DNA from: Gemmatimonadota bacterium | Lineage (GTDB): Bacteria; Gemmatimonadota; Gemmatimonadetes; Gemmatimonadales; GWC2-71-9 | Length of the DNA: 64,000 bases | Direction of reading: 5' to 3' | Assembly (NCBI GenBank): GCA_039586365.1 | Contig: JBDHKN010000036.1 | Location: forward strand, 1,886 to 65,885 | Part shown: in pieces, positions 1 through 8,043 of the stretch | Layout: every line of letters begins with the position of its first letter | How positions within the stretch are numbered: position 1 is the stretch's first letter | Notes under the pieces: model-generated | The model's input: the letters and a program-made list of their open reading frames with translations, nothing else | Told to the model about the DNA's origin: nothing | Databases searched by the model: none | Position numbers and translations under genes: made by a program

Positions 1-1352
1 TCGTCAAGCTCGTGACATTTGCCGCTATCGTGACAGTAGTAGGGTCGATCTATCACGAGTACTTCGTCAACGCGCCATACCGGGCGTGGCCGCCCGCGAG
101 TCTGGCGGCAGCAGTGGTTGGCGACAGCGTCCCTGAGGCTACGGCACAAGGTCCGCAAGGCTGGCCGTTGCTGCTCATCCTCCGTGGTTTCATTGGGGGC
201 GTGGTCGGAGCACTGGCCACCCAAGTCGCCCTCCGGGCTAACAGCCAGGGATCGCCGCCGTTGGGCCAAGTCGCGGTGTTCCTGGCTGGGACAACCGCTG
301 GGGTGCTTGCCTGGAGCGGTCAATTGTACGGAGCCTGTATAGCCGGCATAGTCTGGCTGATCCTGCTGCCCGGTGATCGCTCGGGCTTAGTCAAGCGCCT
401 GCGAAGTCCTGTCGCTCTGGTTGTCCTGCCGGCCACGCTGTGGCTGGTAGTGGCAATTCTTGGCCAGGGCTTGCGGGAAGGTATCAAGTCAGTGTCGGTG
501 TTCCCGTATCCGTATCCATTGTATCTGGCGGAGCAGTTCCCGCTCCTCCTCGTTCTGTTCGGAGGCGCGTGCCTAGTCCTGGCGCTACGTGAAGCAACAC
601 AGCAGGACCGTCCAGCCAGAGCGGCGGTTTTGGCCGCCCTGTTGCCAATAGTGGCAGTGGGAGCGGTCTCACGCTGGGAGGGTACTCGATATCTGTTCGC
701 TGCATACCCCTTCCTGCTGTTGGCCGCGAGTTCCGGGCTCGTGTCCCTGATTGACTTGGTAGGCAAACGGATCCCAAGATGGACCGCAAACGGCACCGCC
801 ATGCTGGGCACCACCGTGGCACTTTCAGGCGTGATTGGTGGTCACGGCCTGTGGCAAGCCATCAGGGTGGTACGGCTCGAGCACGGTGAGCCTATCAATA
901 CGTTCGTTCACATGTATCCATTCCGGCCCGACCATGCCTCTGCAGGCCACTACGTTAGGGAACACAGGATGGCGCACGACGTTGTGATTGCCGAGGACCC
1001 GTTGGAGCAGTGGTGGTATGCCGGGGACCCCATCAACTACTGGCTCCGGAGCTATGGTGACAGCCGCGCGTTTCTGTTCTCGACACCGAGAGGCGAGGTC
1101 AGAGACATCTACGTTGGCAGCAGACTACTCACCGCCCCGCTTCCACCTGACAGCCTGCTAGAGTCTCCTGAGGGCCGAGTATGGCTGATCACGTCGGGCG
1201 AGACCTTTCCCCTGCGATCCTACTTCCTCAATCCCGCGCAGGAACGGTGGTTGGACTCGCTGGAGACCGCAATTGAGCCCTCTTTTGTCGGTCGGGACGG
1301 CGTGACGAAGGTCTACTGTCTCAACTGCCAGACCAGATCGTCGGGCGGGTGA
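1..1352 (+). CDS. Polytopic membrane protein, C-terminal part, open at the left window edge. Possibly a GT-C (ArnT/PMT_2-like) glycosyltransferase.
   Basis: The frame is open from nt 3 through the GTG at 12 to TGA 1350-1352. The translation shows at least 7 hydrophobic helices followed by a soluble tail of about 150 aa. The helix ...RYLFAAYPFLLLAAS... resembles the conserved PMT_2/ArnT motif. A GtrB-type GT2 lies directly downstream. The function call is tentative. Confidence 0.55.
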   Translation, partial: VKLVTFAAIVTVVGSIYHEYFVNAPYRAWPPASLAAAVVGDSVPEATAQGPQGWPLLLILRGFIGGVVGALATQVALRANSQGSPPLGQVAVFLAGTTAGVLAWSGQLYGACIAGIVWLILLPGDRSGLVKRLRSPVALVVLPATLWLVVAILGQGLREGIKSVSVFPYPYPLYLAEQFPLLLVLFGGACLVLALREATQQDRPARAAVLAALLPIVAVGAVSRWEGTRYLFAAYPFLLLAASSGLVSLIDLVGKRIPRWTANGTAMLGTTVALSGVIGGHGLWQAIRVVRLEHGEPINTFVHMYPFRPDHASAGHYVREHRMAHDVVIAEDPLEQWWYAGDPINYWLRSYGDSRAFLFSTPRGEVRDIYVGSRLLTAPLPPDSLLESPEGRVWLITSGETFPLRSYFLNPAQERWLDSLETAIEPSFVGRDGVTKVYCLNCQTRSSGG

Positions 1353-1762
1353 CAGATCGTGTGCCGGGTCTGGCCATCGTCAGAGTTGCCCTGGGCGTAT
1401 CTCTATCCGCGATAGATCTCACATCGAACCGAGCCGGCCTGCAGTTTGCACGTCAGGGATTCGTGCGGCGGAGGGGCCCAAAACCCAGACACACTGAGTA
1501 TCGGGCTGTCCCGAGTCTGACTGCACGAGTAACTCGGACGGCTGGAATTCGCCTTGCAGGTGGACATTCCGCCAGGTGGCCGGCCCGGGTCTCGAGAGAA
1601 AAGTTCAGGCCACATCTGTTGCAGATAGCCGGCGCGACGCGGTGAATAGACGCAACACAGGTGTTGCGTAACTGCAACATATGCGATCGTCTCGCACGAT
1701 TGCGGTGACGACGCCGCTCATGCAAGAGTTAACGGCTATCGAAGTTCTGGGACATTCGGCAT

Positions 1763-2719
1763 ATGACGCTTGGTACGCCACATCTTTCAGTAGTAGTGCC
1801 GCTCTACAACGAGGCGGACAACGTTGCCCCGCTAGTAGATGCGGTCACCGAGGCGCTGACGGGATCGACGTCCTGGGAACTGATTCTGGTGGATGACGGC
1901 AGTACAGATCAGACTGTCGCGACGGCTGACGTGATCGCCGCTCGGGATGACCGCGTGCGCTTGATCCGACTAGCACGCAATTATGGCCAGACGACCGCAA
2001 TGCAGGCCGGTTTCGATCACGCTCGAGGGAACGTGGTTGTGAGCATGGATGGCGATTTACAGAACGACCCCCGCGACATACCGTCGCTGACAGCCAAACT
2101 CGAGGAAGGATACGATCTGGTAGCCGGCTACCGAAAGAGCAGGAAGGACAAGCTGATTACCCGTAAGATACCGTCTTGGATTGCCAATCGTCTGATCCAA
2201 CGGATCACGAAAGTCAAGATTCGAGACAACGGGTGCTCACTGAAGGCATATCGCATCGAGTTGCTGCGCAGCATCCATATCTACTCAGACATGCATCGGT
2301 TCATCCCGGCCGTAGCGGCAGCAACAGCGGGGGCACGCATCGCTGAGGTTCCCGTGCGGCATCACGCCCGACGGTATGGCACCAGCAAATACGGTCTATC
2401 TCGAATCCTCAAGGTCCTGGGCGATTTACTTACTATCAAGATGATTCGTTCATTCCGCGACCGTCCCTTGGCGATGATGGCCGTGGGTTCCCTCGTAGCT
2501 GCCGTATTCGCGCTGGCATTGGGAGCCGCCACCATTGTTGCGTCGGTGGGTTTTGTACCGCAGAAAGCCAATGCAGTTGTATTCCCGGGAGCTGCGATGC
2601 TATGGCTCGGTCTCACCGGTTACCTGCTAATGCTCGGGCTCGTTGCGGAAGTGGCACTTTGGGAGCATAGGAGGGATGGGGGGGAACAACTCCCCCTGGT
2701 ACATGAGGAGGATGCTTGA
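1763..2719 (+). CDS. Glycosyltransferase family 2, polyprenyl-phosphate sugar transferase type (GtrB/ArnC/DPM1-like)
   Basis: Starts at ATG 1763. GT-A motifs are VVPLYNE, DDGSTDQT, MDGDLQNDP (DxD), GCSLKAYR and MHRFIP. Two C-terminal TM helices are present. Confidence 0.9.
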   Translation: MTLGTPHLSVVVPLYNEADNVAPLVDAVTEALTGSTSWELILVDDGSTDQTVATADVIAARDDRVRLIRLARNYGQTTAMQAGFDHARGNVVVSMDGDLQNDPRDIPSLTAKLEEGYDLVAGYRKSRKDKLITRKIPSWIANRLIQRITKVKIRDNGCSLKAYRIELLRSIHIYSDMHRFIPAVAAATAGARIAEVPVRHHARRYGTSKYGLSRILKVLGDLLTIKMIRSFRDRPLAMMAVGSLVAAVFALALGAATIVASVGFVPQKANAVVFPGAAMLWLGLTGYLLMLGLVAEVALWEHRRDGGEQLPLVHEEDA

Positions 2720-3756
2720 CGGAGCCAATTAAAGTGCATCGGTCTGAGGATATCAGTACACATCCCTTGAACCCGGACGTATCAGTGATCGTCCCGATCA
2801 CGGAGCGTCCAGAGGACCTGGTCGAGCTCTATCAGGAGTATTCAGAGCCGCTCGCTGAGTCGGGGCGATCGTTCGAGTTCGTTTTTGTTGCCGAACCATG
2901 GGGTCGGAGGCTAACCGAGCCCCTTCTCGACATAGCAGCGCAAGGGCAGCCGATACGCGTGTTCCAGGTCGGCCAGACGATGGGGGAAGCGGCCCTCCTC
3001 CGGCTGGCCGCAGCTCATTGCCATGCGCCAGTCGTAGTGACTCTGCCCGCCTACAGACGGATTCAGGCTTCGGCACTTGGAGAATTGCTCCGGGGTTTGC
3101 ACGACGGCGTGGACGTCGTTACAGCACGCAGGTGGCCCCGGCACGATGCGTGGTTCAACCGGCTGCAGGGCTGGGTGTTCCACGGGCTGTTGGGGAGCTT
3201 CACCAGACCGCGCCTTCGTGACGTGGCGTGCGGCGTCAGAGCCATTCGTCGCGACGTTTTACTGCAGTTACCGTTGTACGGCGATTTCTTTCGGTTCCTC
3301 CCGCTATTGGCAGCGCGGGAGGGCTATGTGGTTAGCGAGCTGTCGGTACCCCAACATGAGCGCGACACCTCGACCCGGCTTTATGGGCCGGGCGTCTATT
3401 TGCGGCGGGTTATCGACCTGCTGGGGCTCTTTTTCCTGCTCCGGTTCACAGAAAAGCCGCTGAGGTTCTTCGGCCTGCTAGGCAGCCTCCTAGCAACAGT
3501 TGGCGGTGGGGTACTGGCCGTGCTACTCTACCAACGTCTCCACGGGCAGGGGATCGCCGATCGCCCGCTGCTGCTACTCGGTGTGCTGTTCTTGGTGTTG
3601 GGTATTCAGGCTGTTGCGCTTGGACTGGTCGGTGAGATCATCGTTCACCTGCATGCTTCGGGAAGACGCGGCTACCGGCTCGTGCACCACCCCACTAGTA
3701 CCGGCAGCGAACCCGAAGCTCAGTCGACCGCATGGTCACAACGGAAGGCTCCCTAG
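2716..3756 (+). CDS. GT2-like paralog with degenerate catalytic motifs (putative non-catalytic partner)
   Basis: TTG 2716 overlaps the upstream stop (TTGA). It is colinear by eye with the upstream GT2, including the C-terminal TM pair. However, DDGSTD is replaced by FVAEPWG and the DxD segment MDGDLQ by TLPAYRR. Confidence 0.8.
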   Translation: MTEPIKVHRSEDISTHPLNPDVSVIVPITERPEDLVELYQEYSEPLAESGRSFEFVFVAEPWGRRLTEPLLDIAAQGQPIRVFQVGQTMGEAALLRLAAAHCHAPVVVTLPAYRRIQASALGELLRGLHDGVDVVTARRWPRHDAWFNRLQGWVFHGLLGSFTRPRLRDVACGVRAIRRDVLLQLPLYGDFFRFLPLLAAREGYVVSELSVPQHERDTSTRLYGPGVYLRRVIDLLGLFFLLRFTEKPLRFFGLLGSLLATVGGGVLAVLLYQRLHGQGIADRPLLLLGVLFLVLGIQAVALGLVGEIIVHLHASGRRGYRLVHHPTSTGSEPEAQSTAWSQRKAP

Positions 3757-3768
3757 AAGCGCTATCCC

Positions 3769-4992
3769 CTATCCGCCACCTCGCCGAGTGGGTTCCCAGG
3801 TAGGAGTGAACTCCCGGCGCAGTACGTTCGTCCACGCATGCAGCACTGCGAGGTTGCCAAGCAATGCAAATGCCGGAAGAGCGAATAGCCGGGGAGGGTT
3901 GCGCGTCGGCGGCCAAATCCATCCGACCCATCCGAGTGCCAATCCGACGGCCGCGACCGCTAGAAATGCCCTCGCCCATGGCTGGGTCGCGGCTAGTACC
4001 ACCAGCGACACGCCGACCAGCACCCCGGCCCAGGGAACCAGCCACCGGCACAGCTTGTGACTGAATAGCATCCACGCGAACAGGCCGAAACGGAATGGGT
4101 TTAGCAGTCCACGCTTGTATATGAGAGTCTCGATCCCTCTGGCGATGGTTCTCACCTTGCGGCCATACTCGCGGCGCAGTGATCCAGTCCTTGGAACGAA
4201 GCAGACGGCTTCGTCGACGGACACTGCGCGGTAGCCAGCTTCGCGCGCATTGAGTGCCGCTGCGAAGTCCCGGCTCAATGCCGGGGGAACTGCCTTGTTG
4301 TGAACCTCAGAACGGATGGAATAGAAACACCCGGACGCACCCACGATACCCCAGATCCCTGTTTCCAACGCCCGCACCCTCATCTCGTAGTCAACGTACC
4401 CTGACTCACCAACGTTGGAGTCGTCGCCGAGATGGGCCACACTGACATCCCGTCCCGATGCGACCCCAACTGACGGGTCACTGAAAGCTGCGATTAGAGG
4501 CTTGAGTGCCTTGGGGTGAATCCGGATGGTTGCGTCGGAGTTGACGATAATCTCGCCTCGCAACGCAGATCGCGCAGCGTTCTCAGCTGCAGTCTTTCCC
4601 TGCCGGAAGGGGAGCCTCATGAACTCGATGCCTTGCTCAGCATACTCGGCTATTATCTCGTCGGTCCGATCACTTGACGCATCCGAGACAATCAGAATCT
4701 GTCGCCGATCTGCCGGGTACTCCAGCCGAAGCAGACTCTCCAGGGTAGAGCGGATCACACCTTCCTCATTGTACACCGGCACCGTGATACTTATTGTCGG
4801 CCACTCGTCCGGCTCTGCATACTCCCTGCGAGCTGGCCGCACTGAGGCAAGCAACTTGAGCAAAAGTGGGTATAGCAGGTACGGGTAAGTGACGAAAGCC
4901 GTCGAAGTAATCAGTATCGCCAGTGCTATCTTCAAGAGTGCTCCATGATTAGCGACGTCCGGAGTCAGTTTCAGGCGCTGTGGCAAGCGCAC
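3769..4992 (-). CDS. Membrane-embedded glycosyltransferase family 2 (synthase-like, PgaC/IcaA-type architecture)
   Basis: Starts at GTG 4992. It has an N-terminal TM helix and the motifs ITVPVYNEE, VSDASSDRT, NSDAT and GASGCFYSIR, followed by several C-terminal TM helices. Confidence 0.85.
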   Translation of the reverse strand: MRLPQRLKLTPDVANHGALLKIALAILITSTAFVTYPYLLYPLLLKLLASVRPARREYAEPDEWPTISITVPVYNEEGVIRSTLESLLRLEYPADRRQILIVSDASSDRTDEIIAEYAEQGIEFMRLPFRQGKTAAENAARSALRGEIIVNSDATIRIHPKALKPLIAAFSDPSVGVASGRDVSVAHLGDDSNVGESGYVDYEMRVRALETGIWGIVGASGCFYSIRSEVHNKAVPPALSRDFAAALNAREAGYRAVSVDEAVCFVPRTGSLRREYGRKVRTIARGIETLIYKRGLLNPFRFGLFAWMLFSHKLCRWLVPWAGVLVGVSLVVLAATQPWARAFLAVAAVGLALGWVGWIWPPTRNPPRLFALPAFALLGNLAVLHAWTNVLRREFTPTWEPTRRGGG

Positions 4993-5188
4993 AACATTGA
5001 TGCCATAACAACTGGGCGCGGCCTAGCGTCTCGTTCCGGTCTTGGTAATCCAACCTCTTGATTGAGAATGACTTGACTCAAGAACAAGTCGTCTCCGCGA
5101 CTGCCATGCACCGGATGGCAAGATGAATGCCGTCTGAATTCTCCATGAGTGCGAATCAAAATTCCTGAGCCCGAACCACAACCGCTAA

Positions 5189-6241
5189 ATGGCAGCCATC
5201 CCTCCACTCCAGATCGCCAAACGAGCCCTGCTACAGACGTTGACACTCCCAGGCGTCACCGCCCCGTTCAGTTCCTTGGTGCGAGGACGCGCCACCATAT
5301 TCATGTTGCATCGGTTTCGCAACCGGAATACCGGGGTGGAAGGACACGACACTGACCAACTTCGTCGGACGCTGGAGTACCTGCGGAAACACCGCTACAA
5401 CCTCATCGGGCTGCATGAATTGGTTCTCAATCTCCGCAGTGACGTCCCACCTGTGGACCGCACGGTTGTGTTCACCATAGACGAAGGGTACCAGCATCAA
5501 GCGACGGCCGCGGCCTCGGTATTTACAGCATTCGATTGCCCGGTGACCATCTTTGTAACGACCGGCTTCCTAGATGGAGACATATGGTTCTGGTGGGATC
5601 AGATCGAGTTCATCTTCTCGAGCCTCGAACCATCAGAACTGACCGTGCCCCTCGCGGGCTCCCAACTGACCTATAGTTGCGTCACTGACGCTGAGCGGCG
5701 GCGTGCTGCGGCAGAATTCACCAGCCGCTGCAAGCATGTCGCCGCCGCCGACCGACTGGCTGGGATTGCCGCACTGGCCGCTGCTGCAGCAGTTGACTTG
5801 CCGTCCAGCCCACCGTTGAAATACGCGCCGATGACGTGGGACCAGCTGCGCGACTGCGAGAGGCGCGGAATCACGTTTGGCCCCCACTCAGTAACACACC
5901 CAATCCTGGCCAGCACGTCGGACGAACAATCACGCCGGGAACTCGTGGAGTCGTGGAACCGATTGTGCCGTGAAGCCTCCGATCCGGTTCCCGTGTTCTG
6001 CTATCCCAACGGCGAATGGGATGATTTCGGCGACCGAGAGATAAAGACACTCGACGAGATGGGACTTCTCGGTGCAGTGACCGCCGTGAGAGGTTATGTG
6101 GACGCCGCAGGTCTGCAGCAGGAATCACAGGGCGCATTCAAGATCAGGCGATTTGGGTATCCTGACTCGCTCCCGGACGTGATCCAGACAGTGTCCGGCC
6201 TGGAACGATTGAAGGGGATCCTGCGAGGCAACGGTCGCTAG
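5189..6241 (+). CDS. Polysaccharide deacetylase (NodB homology domain)
   Basis: Runs from ATG 5189 to TAG 6239-6241. Motifs are FMLHRF, VVFTIDEGY (the TFDDG-like Asp motif) and HSVTHP (the His motif). It is transcribed divergently from the GT2 at 3769-4992. Confidence 0.85.
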   Translation: MAAIPPLQIAKRALLQTLTLPGVTAPFSSLVRGRATIFMLHRFRNRNTGVEGHDTDQLRRTLEYLRKHRYNLIGLHELVLNLRSDVPPVDRTVVFTIDEGYQHQATAAASVFTAFDCPVTIFVTTGFLDGDIWFWWDQIEFIFSSLEPSELTVPLAGSQLTYSCVTDAERRRAAAEFTSRCKHVAAADRLAGIAALAAAAAVDLPSSPPLKYAPMTWDQLRDCERRGITFGPHSVTHPILASTSDEQSRRELVESWNRLCREASDPVPVFCYPNGEWDDFGDREIKTLDEMGLLGAVTAVRGYVDAAGLQQESQGAFKIRRFGYPDSLPDVIQTVSGLERLKGILRGNGR

Positions 6242-6387
6242 CGGATCCGGCTGGACTGCACCGACTCCTCAATGCCACTGTAGTGCCACTCTGATTTGGT
6301 CGGCTGCCCGCTTCCGGGGGCACCCACGGTCCCCTACACCAGCACAATCGTGGGCTGAGCTTCGCTTTGACCAATGCCGTGTGCCCC

Positions 6388-6426
6388 AAAAACGGCAGCT
6401 GCGTGGGCCGAACCCACGCAGCCGCC
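6388..6426 (-). terminator. Rho-independent terminator of the receptor-lipoprotein operon
   Basis: A perfect 10-bp stem (6398-6407 gctgcgtggg / 6413-6422 cccacgcagc) closes a 5-nt loop. The stem extends to 6394-6426 with one mismatch. On the minus strand it is followed by TTTTT (6388-6392). It lies about 43 nt downstream of the stop at 6469. Confidence 0.65.
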
Positions 6427-6468
6427 AATGCTCATGCTATTCCCAACTGCTGCAGGTCGGAGATCTTA

Positions 6469-8043
6469 TCACTGCAACTGTACATCCCCCGGCGCCCTCG
6501 GCTTGAACAGCCAGGTACCGAATCCGCTGGGCACCAGCAGCCCCGTGGCGTTCAGTCTCGCACCAGGCACATAGGGTGCCACATTGAACGGGATGTCCCG
6601 ATCGAATTCCACTATGACCGGCCCCGATCCGTCATTCACCGTCGCGTGGAAGCCTGCAGCAGCAGTGACGGTATCAGAGATCGTGGCGTTCGCTATGCTC
6701 ACCAGAGCGGCATCGAGCGTTCCTACCCTCGCCGCGTTGGCCTCAAAGGTCGACACGTTCTGAGGTGGAGGCACCCGCGAGAAGCCCAGGGAGAACACGC
6801 TCACCTCATCAATCACGGGTTGGCCGTCACGCACCCGGATTTTCCCGACGAACCGCACACTGTCACCGGGGAACACCGAGACGATATCCTCCACCCGAGT
6901 GGCCCGAATGGACCCCGTGTTGTCCGAGATGTGAATCGTGCTGTCCCCAAAAGCCGCCCAGAAGTTCAAGGCGATTCCGTCGACGAAGACGATGGCCCCA
7001 AGAGCCGCATTGCGCGCAGCAACTATCGAGATGACAGGTGGGGTGATCGCCACGTCGAAGTCGGAGCGAGGCTTGAGGCGCCAGGTTCCTGTGCCCGTGG
7101 GCACGAGTAGGCCTGTCACAGCTATGTCGGCTCCCGGCAAAAGGAAATTGCCCGGATCGAACTGTGCGTCCCCGTCGAAGACGACTTCGAGCTGACCCAC
7201 GCCGTCATCTACGGTCACCACCAGGTCCTGGTTGACGGTTGCGGTGTCGGCGATCCGCGCACTGTCTAGCCTCACAAAAGCTGCATCGAGCACACCCCCA
7301 TCTGCTGAGGCCGCCACCCCAGTCGTCACAATGGCCGGTGCGGGTAACTCCGCGATTTGAAGAACGGTGGGCACTCTCCTATCGAGATCGATGACCTTCT
7401 GCCCGCTGCGTGTGGACACGGTTCCACGAAGTCGTATGCTGTCTCCGGGAGAGACAGTTCCAGGACCGGCACGTACGGATCGCATTGACCCGGTAGCATC
7501 CGAGACGTGGATGGTTGAATCTCCAAACGTGGGCCAACTGTTCAGTGCAATTCCATCGACAAAGATCTTCCGCCCAACGGGGCGCAGGCGAGCCTCCCCA
7601 ATCGTCAAGAGCGGGAAGCTTATGGCAACATTGACCACTGCCGAATCGCCCGGCGTTATGTTCACTTCGGCATCGTCGATATCGGCCACTATGACGGAAT
7701 CCCCGATCGTGGCAGTGTCCACCACCACCTCGTAGCTGCCCACCGGTATCGCAGGGAAGCTGAACTGTCCGTCTCCCGCAGAGATGACTTTTTCGACAGT
7801 GTCGCTGGTTCCGGCTGCAAGCAGCGCGATTCCCACACCAGCGAGGGGCTCATCACCGGTATCGAACTCGCGGGTTGCGTTGGCATCGAAGTAGGCCAAG
7901 CCGACGAGAACTCCGTCGGTCTCAACCACGAGCACACGGTCAGCCCCGGCGTTGCCGCAGGCGGCCCCGCTCACTAAGACCAATCCCAGCACGAACAGAT
8001 AACCGCATAGTTTTCCGAGACTCATGCTTGCCCCGCTACTCAT
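6469..8043 (-). CDS. Secreted or lipoprotein with a CarboxypepD_reg-like N-domain and two tandem modules of about 190 aa (OB-fold-like)
   Basis: The signal peptide is MSLGKLCGYLFVLGLVLVSGAAC, so an alternative start at ATG 8025 is possible. Module A (aa ~145-333, nt 7045-7611) and module B (aa ~336-524, nt 6472-7038) share FVDGIALN(S/F)W..FGDSTIH(V/I)SD.TGS.R and GLLVP(T/S)G.GTW..KPR. No family name was recognised. Confidence 0.8.
   Translation of the reverse strand: MSSGASMSLGKLCGYLFVLGLVLVSGAACGNAGADRVLVVETDGVLVGLAYFDANATREFDTGDEPLAGVGIALLAAGTSDTVEKVISAGDGQFSFPAIPVGSYEVVVDTATIGDSVIVADIDDAEVNITPGDSAVVNVAISFPLLTIGEARLRPVGRKIFVDGIALNSWPTFGDSTIHVSDATGSMRSVRAGPGTVSPGDSIRLRGTVSTRSGQKVIDLDRRVPTVLQIAELPAPAIVTTGVAASADGGVLDAAFVRLDSARIADTATVNQDLVVTVDDGVGQLEVVFDGDAQFDPGNFLLPGADIAVTGLLVPTGTGTWRLKPRSDFDVAITPPVISIVAARNAALGAIVFVDGIALNFWAAFGDSTIHISDNTGSIRATRVEDIVSVFPGDSVRFVGKIRVRDGQPVIDEVSVFSLGFSRVPPPQNVSTFEANAARVGTLDAALVSIANATISDTVTAAAGFHATVNDGSGPVIVEFDRDIPFNVAPYVPGARLNATGLLVPSGFGTWLFKPRAPGDVQLQ

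Noticed and set aside
1420-1445. A TCGAACC string resembling a tRNA T-arm on the minus strand, checked as a possible tRNA.
   Set aside because: The flanking bases do not form a T-stem (GGCTC versus GTGAG). No acceptor or anticodon arms could be built.
1349-1645. A 98-aa ORF starting at the stop codon of the first gene (GTGA overlap).
   Set aside because: The translation is Arg-rich and low-complexity with no motif. It is more likely the untranslated leader or promoter region of the GT2 operon.
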